Source: an uncultured virus (IMG/VR IMGVR_UViG_3300044796_000330) (taxonomy: Duplodnaviria; Heunggongvirae; Uroviricota; Caudoviricetes). From it: DNA of 64,000 bases. Positions 47,613 to 56,920 of this stretch are shown here, piece after piece. The translations under genes were made by a program, and so were the position numbers. Below the pieces are notes generated by a model that was given only the letters and a program-made list of their open reading frames with translations, made no database searches and was not told the origin of the DNA. Every line of letters begins with the position of its first letter. The first letter of the stretch is position 1. The stretch lies in IMG/VR virus record IMGVR_UViG_3300044796_000330; one strand, written 5' to 3'.

Positions 47613-48341
47613 ATGAAGTCCGATAAAGCAACGAAAGACATCACTGTGGAAGAGGCGCAAGCCAAAGGGATTAGGTTCCATTACGTCCGCAACCGTGATC
47701 CGAAGCTTCTTCGGACTCTTAAGGACGGTTCCGTCAGTCGAGGCGTTCCTATTGCTTGCATTGCAAGTCGCATCAATCGAGATAAGCGCTACATTGAATA
47801 TGGCATCTCGACCGTGCATATGAACCGCTCAAAGAGAGACGAGTCTATTCTTCTCTCAGCAAGAGATTTTGGCCTCGATCAACGAGATTTCGCTGACCTT
47901 GCCAATGAAGTTGCGACTGTCTGCAAACTTCGTGGAGTCAAGGTGTCTTACGACAAGCTCAATGTGAAGTCGCTCACCATTCACAAGAATGTGAAGCCCG
48001 GTGATTCGTTTAGCTATCCGGCAGGCCGAAGAATTGCTCTCGGTCGTCTTAAGGAATGCCCGATTACGATTGAGTATGATGTGGAGCCGAGCGGTAGTTT
48101 GGAGATTCTCCGTTTGATTATGTTGGATGTTGCTGCGGATACCGAGACCTCGACGCGCGTAAAGCATGAAGCCATGGGGTGGCTCGAATACAAAGCGAAC
48201 GCCGTGTCCCACTCGAATGAAAAGAAGAGCGCTACTTCCCGCGTTGGAAGTTCGCTACTAACGGCAATGGAAACCACTACCACCACTGACACGAGTGTTC
48301 GTCGCGTTCCTCGTTTCGATGGCGTGAATTTCGAGCGGTGA
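47613..48341 (+). CDS. Hypothetical phage protein
   Basis: D.FS...GR.IAL.RL motif; A-rich leader. Confidence 0.65.
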   Translation: MKSDKATKDITVEEAQAKGIRFHYVRNRDPKLLRTLKDGSVSRGVPIACIASRINRDKRYIEYGISTVHMNRSKRDESILLSARDFGLDQRDFADLANEVATVCKLRGVKVSYDKLNVKSLTIHKNVKPGDSFSYPAGRRIALGRLKECPITIEYDVEPSGSLEILRLIMLDVAADTETSTRVKHEAMGWLEYKANAVSHSNEKKSATSRVGSSLLTAMETTTTTDTSVRRVPRFDGVNFER

Positions 48342-48602
48342 AAAGATTCTGTCTTTCGCTGCTGGACATAATCCTGATGGTGGCTATATTGTTTGTAGCC
48401 ATACCGTTAGCGTTTATGACTGAAGCAAAGTATAGAGTCAAAAAGCTATCTCCGAATGGAGGCTCCCAAAGCGGGAGCTAAAAATCTCGCACGCCACTAA
48501 AAGCTTCTCGACAAATACACAAAACGATCGTGTCGTTGTAATGTGTGCCCGTCGATTGAAGTGCAATAAGCGAGAGCCCTGCGGGTGAGACAGGGGAGGG
48601 CG

Positions 48603-48618
48603 TGGCATCGTTTTTGCT
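48603..48618 (+). promoter_or_regulatory. sigma54 promoter motif
   Basis: TGGCATC-GTTT-TTGCT just upstream of small ORF 48633-48812. Confidence 0.5.
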
Positions 48619-48894
48619 TATGGAGAATGATTATGAAGGTCGATTACACAAAACTTGCTATCCTTGGTCTCGTTGGTTTTTTCAGTCCTGGCATCTTGTT
48701 GAAGATGTGCTATGACAAGCACTGCGAGATACAACAGCAAAAAAGACTTGCTGAAGATTTGAAGCGTGCCGCACCGAAAACCGCACGCAAATCTTTGTTC
48801 GCTAAAAAATGAGTTCCTCCAACTGACCTTAAGCTTGCTTCGAAAAACTGCGGCCGCAAAACCGCAAGACCACTAAACTGAATAGCCTTGAAAA

Positions 48895-49162
48895 AGCCCA
48901 CTCCGTTGGGCTCACAAGTGTCGGTTCTTTCTTCCGACACATAACCGTTGGCCTCCTGCTCGTCCAAAGCGGAATTTGAGCGGGTCGCCACGGTTCTCAT
49001 TTTGATCGAAGTCTCTCGGGTAGAGACGAGAACAAAAACTATTCGCCACCAACTTCGTGCTGTGGGTTAGGCGAACGTAGAAGGTAGCAGCACCCCCGCT
49101 TGGACGCCTAAAGTCCCGTGAGCAAAACGCTTACACCGTGAAGTGGCGATTTACGGAAGCGC
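48895..49162 (+). ncRNA. Candidate structured ncRNA with several hairpins and pseudoknots
   Basis: At least 7 stems plus loop-distal complementarities in a gap with no convincing ORF; strand assumed. Confidence 0.5.
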
Positions 49163-49174
49163 CTAATTCTTCTC

Positions 49175-49241
49175 TTGACAAAGATCTCACTCGTGATTAC
49201 ACTGGTGGTAAGAGCAGCTCGTGGCTCTATAAATACGAGAC
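49175..49241 (+). promoter_or_regulatory. sigma70 promoter plus 5' pseudoknot element (near-identical copy at 61140-61205)
   Basis: TTGACA-17 nt-TACACT-GGTGGTA-AGAGCAGCTCGTGGCTCTATAAATACGAGAC. Confidence 0.8.
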
Positions 49242-49650
49242 AATGATGAAACTCAACACAACAATAGCCTCAATCCTAATCATCTTCGTTTCTTTACTCG
49301 TTGCGTTTATAACGATTGATTTTGGGTTCCTACTCCGTGCAGGCGTTATTTGCCTTGCGGTATTCGGAGCCACAATGCTCGGGATGAAACTCGAACGCAA
49401 TCTCCTCAACGAAAAGCAATGACACAAATACTCTCCAAATACAAGTTGGCGTCTCAAATAGACAATGAGAGAAATCTCCGATTGTCTCACGAGGACTTTA
49501 CCAATCTGTGTCTTACATTGGAGGCAAGTGGTGGTGAGAAGAATGTCGCACGTGTGTGCGCGTTCTTGAAATCCATTCCGCGCGAAGAACTTATTTGGCG
49601 ATCTGCTGCGGTAGCTCGCTTGCACAAATTACTCTCTATTATCAAACACA

Positions 49651-50379
49651 ATGCTATACAGAATACACCTACCAGATAACGACCATTACCAATCAATAGG
49701 AAAACCAACAGGCTACGTTTGCATATGCAAGGATATGTCGTGGGACACGAAACATATTTCCGATAGGATTCGTGCGACCAATTTTGTATCAGGCAAGTGG
49801 CTTGATTCGAATCAGATCGATCTATATCACTTTGAGTCGGATGCTCCTGGCGAAAATACAATTCGTATATCCAAACGAGTCGCCGCCAGAACAGGAAGAC
49901 CACCATCGTCAGAGATAGCGCTTTATCTTTGCCCGGTTAATAGTGCCGCTGCACCAAAGGTGGTTGTCAAGGTTGCGGAACCATCCATATATGGTGGGCA
50001 TTCTTCTTGGACTGGTGGGTGGATAACTGGCAATACATCGTCAATAAGGTTTAATACCGATCCCATCAGATTTAGCGCCGGATCAGGTTATATTGGCAAT
50101 ACAGTATATAGTGGTAGCGTGTCTGCATTTGGCACAACGCGATCGACATTGCACACCGGAAACACAATACAAGCGCAGCCTGCGCAACAGGCTGTAGGTC
50201 AGAATAACTTGATTGCTCCAATTGTTCCACAAGAACAACAAGCACCTACACCAGTAGCAGTAGCGCCAGTAGCGCCAGTGGATCCAGATCCAGCCCCAGC
50301 GGGCATTACGGATGAAGTCTTAAGACGAGCAGAGCAAATCATTTCCAGGTGGAATAATAACTACCTGCGCAGACGCTAA
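49651..50379 (+). CDS. Hypothetical protein with low-complexity C-terminus
   Basis: 242 aa ORF. Confidence 0.6.
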   Translation: MLYRIHLPDNDHYQSIGKPTGYVCICKDMSWDTKHISDRIRATNFVSGKWLDSNQIDLYHFESDAPGENTIRISKRVAARTGRPPSSEIALYLCPVNSAAAPKVVVKVAEPSIYGGHSSWTGGWITGNTSSIRFNTDPIRFSAGSGYIGNTVYSGSVSAFGTTRSTLHTGNTIQAQPAQQAVGQNNLIAPIVPQEQQAPTPVAVAPVAPVDPDPAPAGITDEVLRRAEQIISRWNNNYLRRR

Positions 50380-50404
50380 CCCAAACAAAGAACCTATCAA
50401 ACAA

Positions 50405-51385
50405 ATGATCCATTGGGCAGATGACGTAATTGGCGTCGATAAGGAAGATCGTCCAAGGAAGAAAAAGGCGATTACCATTTTTGCCAAGCCAACCAAGGCA
50501 ATTTCTATGAAGCCGATGCACCAATCGATTGCATTAGAACCAGAAGTAGATACCAAATCCGTTATTGACATGGTTATGGATGACCTTGGGAAAAATGATG
50601 ATGGGTTCGTTCTTGAGCCTCAGTATGAGCACGAAGAGAAGCTATCGGAAGAAAAGCCGGTAGAGAGTAAGAAGATCGTCCTCAAAGAGTGGCCGAAGGA
50701 TCGGCTTGCCATTATTGATTACGAGGATCTCGTCCGCCCGATCAAGAAGATTATCGATCTTGGGTATAGCTTTAAGCGTAAGAAGGACATCAAGTCATTT
50801 GACTACGATGGTTATGAGATTGGTGAGTTAGAATTAGAGGTGTGTCCTTCTCCGAAGTATCGCTTTACCGAAGAGTTGCTTGCGATAGAGAAGGAGAAGT
50901 CATCTCGCAATCTCATTGATGTTGCTCTAAATGTTGTGTATCTGCTTGGGATTGAGAATGGGCGCAGAGTTGAGCGTCGTGAGGAGCAGCCAGTAAAGGC
51001 AATTACCGATACGATTAATTCGTATCGCGAAACGAATAAAGACCTGAGACTTAAGAACGACGCTCTCGAAGCCGAGTTAAGTATTCTCAAAGAGAACAGG
51101 AACGCCTCGAAAGAAGAAGTAAAGAGGCTGGTTGCCGAGAAGATGAAGGTCAGTCGTGATGCGCGCGTTAAAGCATTGCGCGATGACCTGGCAAAAGATC
51201 CACTGCGGAATGCTTTCTCACCAACAAAAACATCCCGCATACCATTTAACAACCTCGTAAATCTCGGAAAGAGGATATCCTGTTCGAGAGATCTGTGGGA
51301 CAAGGCGTTAGCTAGATACGGGTGGGCACCAAAAGAGTTTTGGGAACGAGTCGAAAAGAAGAAAGTCAAACTCAAGTTCCAGTAA
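50405..51385 (+). CDS. Hypothetical charged/coiled-coil protein
   Basis: 326 aa ORF. Confidence 0.7.
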   Translation: MIHWADDVIGVDKEDRPRKKKAITIFAKPTKAISMKPMHQSIALEPEVDTKSVIDMVMDDLGKNDDGFVLEPQYEHEEKLSEEKPVESKKIVLKEWPKDRLAIIDYEDLVRPIKKIIDLGYSFKRKKDIKSFDYDGYEIGELELEVCPSPKYRFTEELLAIEKEKSSRNLIDVALNVVYLLGIENGRRVERREEQPVKAITDTINSYRETNKDLRLKNDALEAELSILKENRNASKEEVKRLVAEKMKVSRDARVKALRDDLAKDPLRNAFSPTKTSRIPFNNLVNLGKRISCSRDLWDKALARYGWAPKEFWERVEKKKVKLKFQ

Positions 51386-51706
51386 AGTGCGTAAAATGGC
51401 GTGGTCGATATTTCAGTATCGCGCACACGCACGCACGCGAGCAACGATGTTCCAAACGAAAGTAGTCCAAAGCGGGGAAATCAGGAACAACCCAAAATTG
51501 TTGCAAGCGGCGTAATCGGGCTCCCTTAACTAATTGATTTGTCGCCAGCCAACTAACCAAATTCCGCTCACTCACTTTCATTAGGTGATTCGTGCGTGAA
51601 GGCTCAGTGATAGAACTCGATAAGTTGGGGTCGATAACCTTGATAGGTTAGAAGATCGTGAAGCCAGTGGTAAAATCTATCAGCTAATTTCAAGAAGCCA
51701 ACCAAT

Positions 51707-52090
51707 ATGCTAAACAAAGAAGACAGACTAAAATTATTCAAGGCGCGCGTTGAGTGCTCTCTACACCGAATAAAACTCCGTGGCAAGAGGCCAGCAACAT
51801 CCAGTTACCACATCGTCAGGAGAAGTGGTCAATGGGTGCTTGATAATGTCTTCAACAAAATCAACCCACTGTCATTGCTAATCGAGGGAAAGCCTTCTAA
51901 CATCCATATTACAAAGACATCCTCGTTGGTTAAGAGTCTAACTAAAACCATTGGCATTACAGAGGATGAATTGTATGCCTTTAACTATGGACTAAAAGGT
52001 TCGCCCAGGTATTACGATGGTAAGGACGAATTAGAGTTTTACAGGTTCGGGCAACAGACCCGAGACAAGATAGTAATGGAGAAACGGTAA
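51707..52090 (+). CDS. Hypothetical protein, probable paralog of 63240-63689
   Basis: Shared G.WV.....(N/H)P...(L/I)...K.(I/F)G......AF.Y...Y..G pattern. Confidence 0.6.
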   Translation: MLNKEDRLKLFKARVECSLHRIKLRGKRPATSSYHIVRRSGQWVLDNVFNKINPLSLLIEGKPSNIHITKTSSLVKSLTKTIGITEDELYAFNYGLKGSPRYYDGKDELEFYRFGQQTRDKIVMEKR

Positions 52091-52617
52091 TGTATATCTA
52101 CGCACATTGGCCACACAATAACCATAAGAACAACAATAGGCACATATTTACGGCATTCAAGTCAAAGAACCAGGCCGCAGAGTTCGCTATCAATCAGGTT
52201 TTAACTCTACTTGATGGTGGAGAGGGCAAGATTAAAGCGAGATCGACAGCTCAAACATTGTCATTTGACTATGCAGAAGCTTGGCAAGCACAACCGTTGA
52301 TTAACTTTGATCCTCTTCCTGAAGCTGCTGTTAACTTCCCTCCCGATGGTGAGGAAGTCATCAATATGGACAATGATCCCGCTCCGCAAGTTGTGCTGAA
52401 GGAAAAACTCCCGCCAAAAAAGAAGAAGGTCAGCGAGAATTCTGCCGAATTTCAGGCTCTCGTCAGAGAAGTCAATTCCGCAGCTTACAGCAAAACATTT
52501 GAGAGTGCGATCCGCATAATCAATCTCTATGAGACATTCCTTGCGAGCAAAGGGCAAAAATCTGTTTTGCACGCAATTCAACCACTGAAAGTAGTGCAGG
52601 AGGCACTGGCTCAATGA
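52090..52617 (+). CDS. Hypothetical protein
   Basis: TAATG coupling. Confidence 0.6.
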   Translation: MYIYAHWPHNNHKNNNRHIFTAFKSKNQAAEFAINQVLTLLDGGEGKIKARSTAQTLSFDYAEAWQAQPLINFDPLPEAAVNFPPDGEEVINMDNDPAPQVVLKEKLPPKKKKVSENSAEFQALVREVNSAAYSKTFESAIRIINLYETFLASKGQKSVLHAIQPLKVVQEALAQ

Positions 52618-53075
52618 AATACGCTATCGCACTCGCTATGTTGGCTGCTATCGGCTGCGCAACAACGGAAACCAATACCACAGACACACAAACCGCAACT
52701 GTGGGTAATTATTCACCTACGCATATCACTTCTGGTCAAAACGAGAACGTGATGTGGAAGTGCGCTAACAGTGCGGTAAGTGAAAACTCAGTATGGATTG
52801 ATTGCGGCTTTGCCAATGGATCAAAGACAACACAAAGCGTTTGTGTCGATGTGTATTACAACCGTAGCCACACATCCGTTGTTGCAGATAAGAGAGTGTG
52901 TTCTGGTGTGATTCTTCCTGGTGAGACAAATACATCTCACACGGTTATCATCGATGAGAAGAGAGCGAGACTGAGTGCCCTTTGCGGAATTGATCTGCGT
53001 GATTGTGAATTGAGAAGCGTTGAGTTTATCGAACAGACAAGTGAGCCGGTTGTAAAAATCCACCATCGCAAGTAG
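52614..53075 (+). CDS. Putative lipoprotein
   Basis: LAAIG-C lipobox, Thr-rich linker, Cys-containing beta domain. Confidence 0.7.
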   Translation: MKYAIALAMLAAIGCATTETNTTDTQTATVGNYSPTHITSGQNENVMWKCANSAVSENSVWIDCGFANGSKTTQSVCVDVYYNRSHTSVVADKRVCSGVILPGETNTSHTVIIDEKRARLSALCGIDLRDCELRSVEFIEQTSEPVVKIHHRK

Positions 53076-53251
53076 AATGCGCGTTCCTTACCAGATAGTT
53101 GCCGCAGCTGACGCAGCAATCTTCGGAATCAAAGCCATATCCATTGAGGATATGTGGGATGCGTATATCAGTATGCTTGTTGGCTTTAATTGGTCAAGGC
53201 TTGACTACGAGAGGCAAATGCTTTCGATTATCGATGGGGATTGGTGAGCTG

Positions 53252-53742
53252 ATGAAAATCGGGGACAAAGTAAGACTATCTCCAAAAACAAGACGCGCTC
53301 TTTGTAGAGGCAGTCTGATAGATAGAGATTTTCTCACCAACTATAAGGATGCTATATTTGAGGTGTCGGGAATAGATTTATCGCTATACGCAGATTGCGG
53401 TGGATGTGTCTTCGTTAAAGACGGTAGTATGGTTTTTTACTATACGAGTTTAGTTGTATGCTAAAAGTTGGAGACGTTGTCAAGTTTTCTTGGCGACAAA
53501 AAAGGCAATTGTGCAGTTATAACAAGGGCGCTCTTCATTCGCTTCTAAAACAACACGGCAATCATACTGCCGTTGTTGAGGCTGATGTTAGCAGATACCC
53601 ACCGGCTATTGAGCGTGGTGGTCTTTGGAGAATCAGATGGGAAGATGACCATGTTGAAAGCTATTACGCCAGATCACATCATAGTATGAGAGGGACACCA
53701 TTTGATATCTTCGTAGTCGTAAAGCAAGAGAATAGAGATTAA
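53252..53742 (+). CDS. Two SH3-like paralogs (53252-53464, 53458-53742)
   Basis: KIGDKVRLS..TRRALCRG; KVGDVVKFSW..KRQLC...IRW. Confidence 0.7.
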
Positions 53743-53743
53743 C

Positions 53744-54346
53744 ATGAGCTTCGAAATCAAGTATCAGACAAAAGCCGGGATTTTCAACATCAAGTTAGAA
53801 CGAGATGTATCTGCCGATGAAGCCATGCAGTTGGCTCAAATTGGCTCGAATGTTTTGGGTATGGGATTTAACCTTGTTAAGGCAGCCGAAGTCCATCCAC
53901 CAATGTCCATCAGTGGTATATCTGGAAGTGGTGTTGCTTCGTCGAGCAGCACCATTGCCACCTTTCAAACCAAGAAGCCAAACAACACGATTATAAGTTC
54001 AGGCAGACAGGAAAAGCTTGGAGAGCGTCCGGCAGATAGCATTAATCTTGGCGGGTATCAAGAGCCGATAAGCGGTGTTAGACTTAAGATGGTTTCCACG
54101 CCTACCTATCAGTATAGGGTAGATGCGGTGAAGTTTATTAGGTCGCTCACTCAGTTGAGTATGAAGGCTGGCTACGATGTCATTATGGGGAATCACAAGT
54201 GTCCGATCCTGCGTCCTGAAATTGCGGCTCAGATTATGAAGAGCTTTAAGGAGTGGGGCATCTATGCGGTTCTTGAGGGGGCGCAGCGAGACGAGGGCGT
54301 GTCGGTTGGGGGATTGACAAGGGGCGACCCGATGACTATGATGTAG
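53744..54346 (+). CDS. Protein with a C-terminal ribosomal bL12-CTD-like domain
   Basis: RVDAVKFIRSLTQLSMKAGYDVI....P......A......F...G resembles KI.VIK.VR..TGLGLKEAK..V. Confidence 0.5.
   Translation: MSFEIKYQTKAGIFNIKLERDVSADEAMQLAQIGSNVLGMGFNLVKAAEVHPPMSISGISGSGVASSSSTIATFQTKKPNNTIISSGRQEKLGERPADSINLGGYQEPISGVRLKMVSTPTYQYRVDAVKFIRSLTQLSMKAGYDVIMGNHKCPILRPEIAAQIMKSFKEWGIYAVLEGAQRDEGVSVGGLTRGDPMTMM
54314..54342 (+). promoter_or_regulatory. sigma70-type promoter
   Basis: TTGACA-17 nt-TATGAT. Confidence 0.7.
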
Positions 54347-54356
54347 GTGTGATGCA

Positions 54357-54384
54357 GATGATCGGCTACGTGTCGTAGCTTGAA
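54357..54384 (+). repeat. 28-nt hairpin motif, copy 1 (copy 2 at 56651-56678)
   Basis: GATGATCGGCTAC-(G/A)TG(T/C)C-GTAGCTTGAA; differences only in the loop. Confidence 0.85.
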
Positions 54385-54485
54385 TGTTATGGCTCCTGTT
54401 TGATTTGTGTCTTGGTGTGTATCGTTGCCATTGTGGTCGTGGTATTACGCTAGTTTTGTATAGAGAATAGGTATGGTTTCATATT

Positions 54486-55112
54486 ATGAGTATATTAGAG
54501 GTATATAATGAGCTTGTTGGCGATATATTGGTCAGAAGAGTGAATGCCGGAGAAATATCTCCGTACATTCAGAGACAATATAACCTGTATAGGAACAGGT
54601 TCCCAGGTATTGATCTTACCACGTTCGCCGCCAGAACATCCAATTTCAATGTCACTAAATCTTGCCCAGGACAAAAAGCACAACTACGTGTCTTATCTGC
54701 ATTCGATCCGGGCATTACGCAACTTCCTGGCAGAGGACAGAATTCGATAAAGCTGTCCAAATCAGAAGATGGCGTTACACATATAGTCGAATCAAGCTCG
54801 AAATCCACAATACCAGGCGTCAAGAGTTTTGACGCTATTCGAGAATACGATGATATGTTCTGCTTCTTCATTCTGAAGACGGTAGATTTGGGCGGGTGCT
54901 CTGATAATATCGGTGGTGGGCATCAGGATAATGTTGCTAGCGAGATCGACATTATGGCCGATAGTGTTAGAGGTAAGAGGCTTACTTTTAATGGTAAGCT
55001 CGCAAAGATCTTTATTGTGGTTGATGGTAGGAGCAATATCGTTGAGCGATACGCTGGCTACAATTCAGCGAATCTGATCGTAACAAACTGTGCTGGTTTT
55101 TGCGCTCAGTAG
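54486..55112 (+). CDS. Possible restriction-endonuclease-like protein
   Basis: KSFD...LK....GGHQDN...E; adjacent to a methyltransferase; weak motif support. Confidence 0.45.
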   Translation: MSILEVYNELVGDILVRRVNAGEISPYIQRQYNLYRNRFPGIDLTTFAARTSNFNVTKSCPGQKAQLRVLSAFDPGITQLPGRGQNSIKLSKSEDGVTHIVESSSKSTIPGVKSFDAIREYDDMFCFFILKTVDLGGCSDNIGGGHQDNVASEIDIMADSVRGKRLTFNGKLAKIFIVVDGRSNIVERYAGYNSANLIVTNCAGFCAQ

Positions 55113-55139
55113 GTAATATCACGTGATATATAAGGTTAT

Positions 55140-56372
55140 ATGAGCAAGAAATCTCTTGGTCAGTTCTTTACCACTAACGTGGACTACATACTTGATGGTA
55201 TGGACGGTTATGTTAGTGGTAAAGAGACAACCGATCCATTTGCTGGGAAGTGCGACCTGCTTCTGTGGGCGAAGAAGCACAGCGCAAAATCATATACTGG
55301 ATATGATATCGACAAAAAACTTGTCAATATGAAGATTGTCAATGACATTTCAATTATCGAAAATGATAGTCTTGCCTCGATTCCGCCATCGAAATTTATC
55401 ATCACCAATCCGCCTTACCTTGCAAAAAACAAGATGAGCGAAGCTCAGAAGAAGAAAGTTAGCAACGATTACGAAGATCTGTATCTATTGTCCTTAAAGA
55501 AGATCATTGATACCGATTGCGATGAAGGTATAGCTGTTGTTCCTGTTAATTTCTTCTCTGCCGAAAACTCAAACTCCCTTCGTAAGGAGTTTCTTAGCAG
55601 ATATGCAATAGACAAGATCAATTATTTCACTGAGCAAGTATTCGATGATACCACATACAATGTGGCATCTTTTCATTTCTATAAGAGTGTTGATTATTCT
55701 GATACACGCACATTGAATATCTGCGTTTATCCTGAAAAGAAGCACCTTTCATTCATTGCGAGCAAACAATTCGATTATAAGATAGGCGGCAAAGACCTTG
55801 CTGATATCTTCGCTGCTGATGATGTGTTGCACATTAAGCGTCTTACCGAGAAAACAGTAGAGGACAACCGAGGCGATCGTAGATTTGCCGAAGATAGATG
55901 CACTATTGATGCATTTCTTAATGACTTCAAGACAGAAACGAGATGCAAAATTAGCGCTTCTTTGCGTGATAGAATTGCACAAAACATTATCGTCATCAAC
56001 TGTATAGATGGCAAAAAGGATGACAACAAGATTTGCGCGGAAAATATCCGCAACTATGGCAAAAGTGCCCTTGTTGGAAAAGTCTCGTCTCGCAACATCG
56101 CGTATCTTCTTTTAGATGGGGCTACTATCGGAGATCAGTTGTCTCTTATTGAGATGTTCAACGCAAAGTTAAACGATTTGCGAGATAAGTACGCTTCCCT
56201 ATTTCTCACCAACTTCAGAGACAATAACCGTAAGCGCATTTCATTTGATTTTTGCTATGCGTTGCTTAACTATTGCTACGCTAACCTGACCGCCGCGAGC
56301 GCCAAGCCCTTGACAACCCTAGCCCCGATGACTATGATAGGTAGCACGAACGGAGCGGCAACGACAAAATGA
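55140..56372 (+). CDS. Amino (probably N6-adenine) DNA methyltransferase, gamma class
   Basis: LGQFFT (motif X), DPFAGKCD (I), YDID, ITNPPY (IV), FDDT. Confidence 0.9.
   Translation: MSKKSLGQFFTTNVDYILDGMDGYVSGKETTDPFAGKCDLLLWAKKHSAKSYTGYDIDKKLVNMKIVNDISIIENDSLASIPPSKFIITNPPYLAKNKMSEAQKKKVSNDYEDLYLLSLKKIIDTDCDEGIAVVPVNFFSAENSNSLRKEFLSRYAIDKINYFTEQVFDDTTYNVASFHFYKSVDYSDTRTLNICVYPEKKHLSFIASKQFDYKIGGKDLADIFAADDVLHIKRLTEKTVEDNRGDRRFAEDRCTIDAFLNDFKTETRCKISASLRDRIAQNIIVINCIDGKKDDNKICAENIRNYGKSALVGKVSSRNIAYLLLDGATIGDQLSLIEMFNAKLNDLRDKYASLFLTNFRDNNRKRISFDFCYALLNYCYANLTAASAKPLTTLAPMTMIGSTNGAATTK
56310..56338 (+). promoter_or_regulatory. sigma70-type promoter upstream of the ncRNA island
   Basis: TTGACA-17 nt-TATGAT; CCCGATGACTATGAT shared with the 54314 promoter. 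Confidence 0.7.
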
Positions 56373-56641
56373 GCAAATCGATCGAATCGATATCAGTTGA
56401 TCGCACAATGAAGTATATTACTCCTCTTCTCGAAGAGCTTGATAAGAGGGTAAAGGTAGCGCTGGCAGAAGGAAAGCGACTGTCAGTGACGCCTCTCGCT
56501 CGGGATCTCGCGCCGATCTATGGCATCGAGTGGAGTGAGGCATATCAACTCATCAATGTGTATGTAGCGGCGCACGCTGATACTCTTGAAGTAAAGAGAG
56601 GCGCGCACGGAGGGATCGACTGGAAGAGCGATCCACAATAA
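56369..56641 (+). CDS. Small winged-helix protein (Rrf2-like wing)
   Basis: LSV..LA..LA..YG......LEVKRGAHGGI. Confidence 0.6.
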   Translation: MSKSIESISVDRTMKYITPLLEELDKRVKVALAEGKRLSVTPLARDLAPIYGIEWSEAYQLINVYVAAHADTLEVKRGAHGGIDWKSDPQ

Positions 56642-56650
56642 GATTTGGGG

Positions 56651-56678
56651 GATGATCGGCTACATGCCGTAGCTTGAA
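56651..56678 (+). repeat. 28-nt hairpin motif, copy 2
   Basis: GATGATCGGCTACATGCCGTAGCTTGAA. Confidence 0.85.
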
Positions 56679-56690
56679 CTTGATGTATCA

Positions 56691-56719
56691 AGAGCAGCTC
56701 GTAGCTCTATAATACGAGA
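56691..56719 (+). ncRNA. H-type pseudoknot element (3 copies in window)
   Basis: S1 AGAGC/GCTCT, S2 CTCGT/ACGAG. Confidence 0.7.
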
Positions 56720-56799
56720 CGGGGTTTGGACTAAATGGAAACCAAAGGTCGCTGATACCTCGGTATCAGAAATGCAGCTCCACCCTGCAACCCTCACCA
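56720..56799 (+). ncRNA. tRNA-Glu-like RNA 1 (CUCG tetraloop)
   Basis: (C)GGGGTT TG GACT..GGTC G CTGATAC-CTCG-GTATCAG AAAT GCAG-CTCCACC-CTGC AACCCTC A CCA. Confidence 0.85.
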
Positions 56800-56807
56800 A
56801 AATTTCT

Positions 56808-56883
56808 GGGGAATTAGATTAAACGGATAAGATCACCGATACCTCGGTATCGGAGATGCAGCTCCAACCTGCATTCCTCACCA
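56808..56883 (+). ncRNA. tRNA-Glu-like RNA 2 (CUCG tetraloop)
   Basis: GGGGAAT TA GATT..GATC A CCGATAC-CTCG-GTATCGG AGAT GCAG-CTCCAAC-CTGC ATTCCTC A CCA. Confidence 0.9.
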
Positions 56884-56920
56884 AATAACGTAGCACATTT
56901 GAGAGCGAAAGCTCTCACGA

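Noticed and set aside
51386..51706. 320-nt gap with a GCAC microrepeat as origin or ncRNA
   Set aside because: No iterons, strong stems or second copy found by eye.
54357..54384. Kink-turn or SECIS reading of the ATGA...TGA hairpin
   Set aside because: The flanking canonical stem does not form cleanly in either copy. Kept only as a repeated hairpin.
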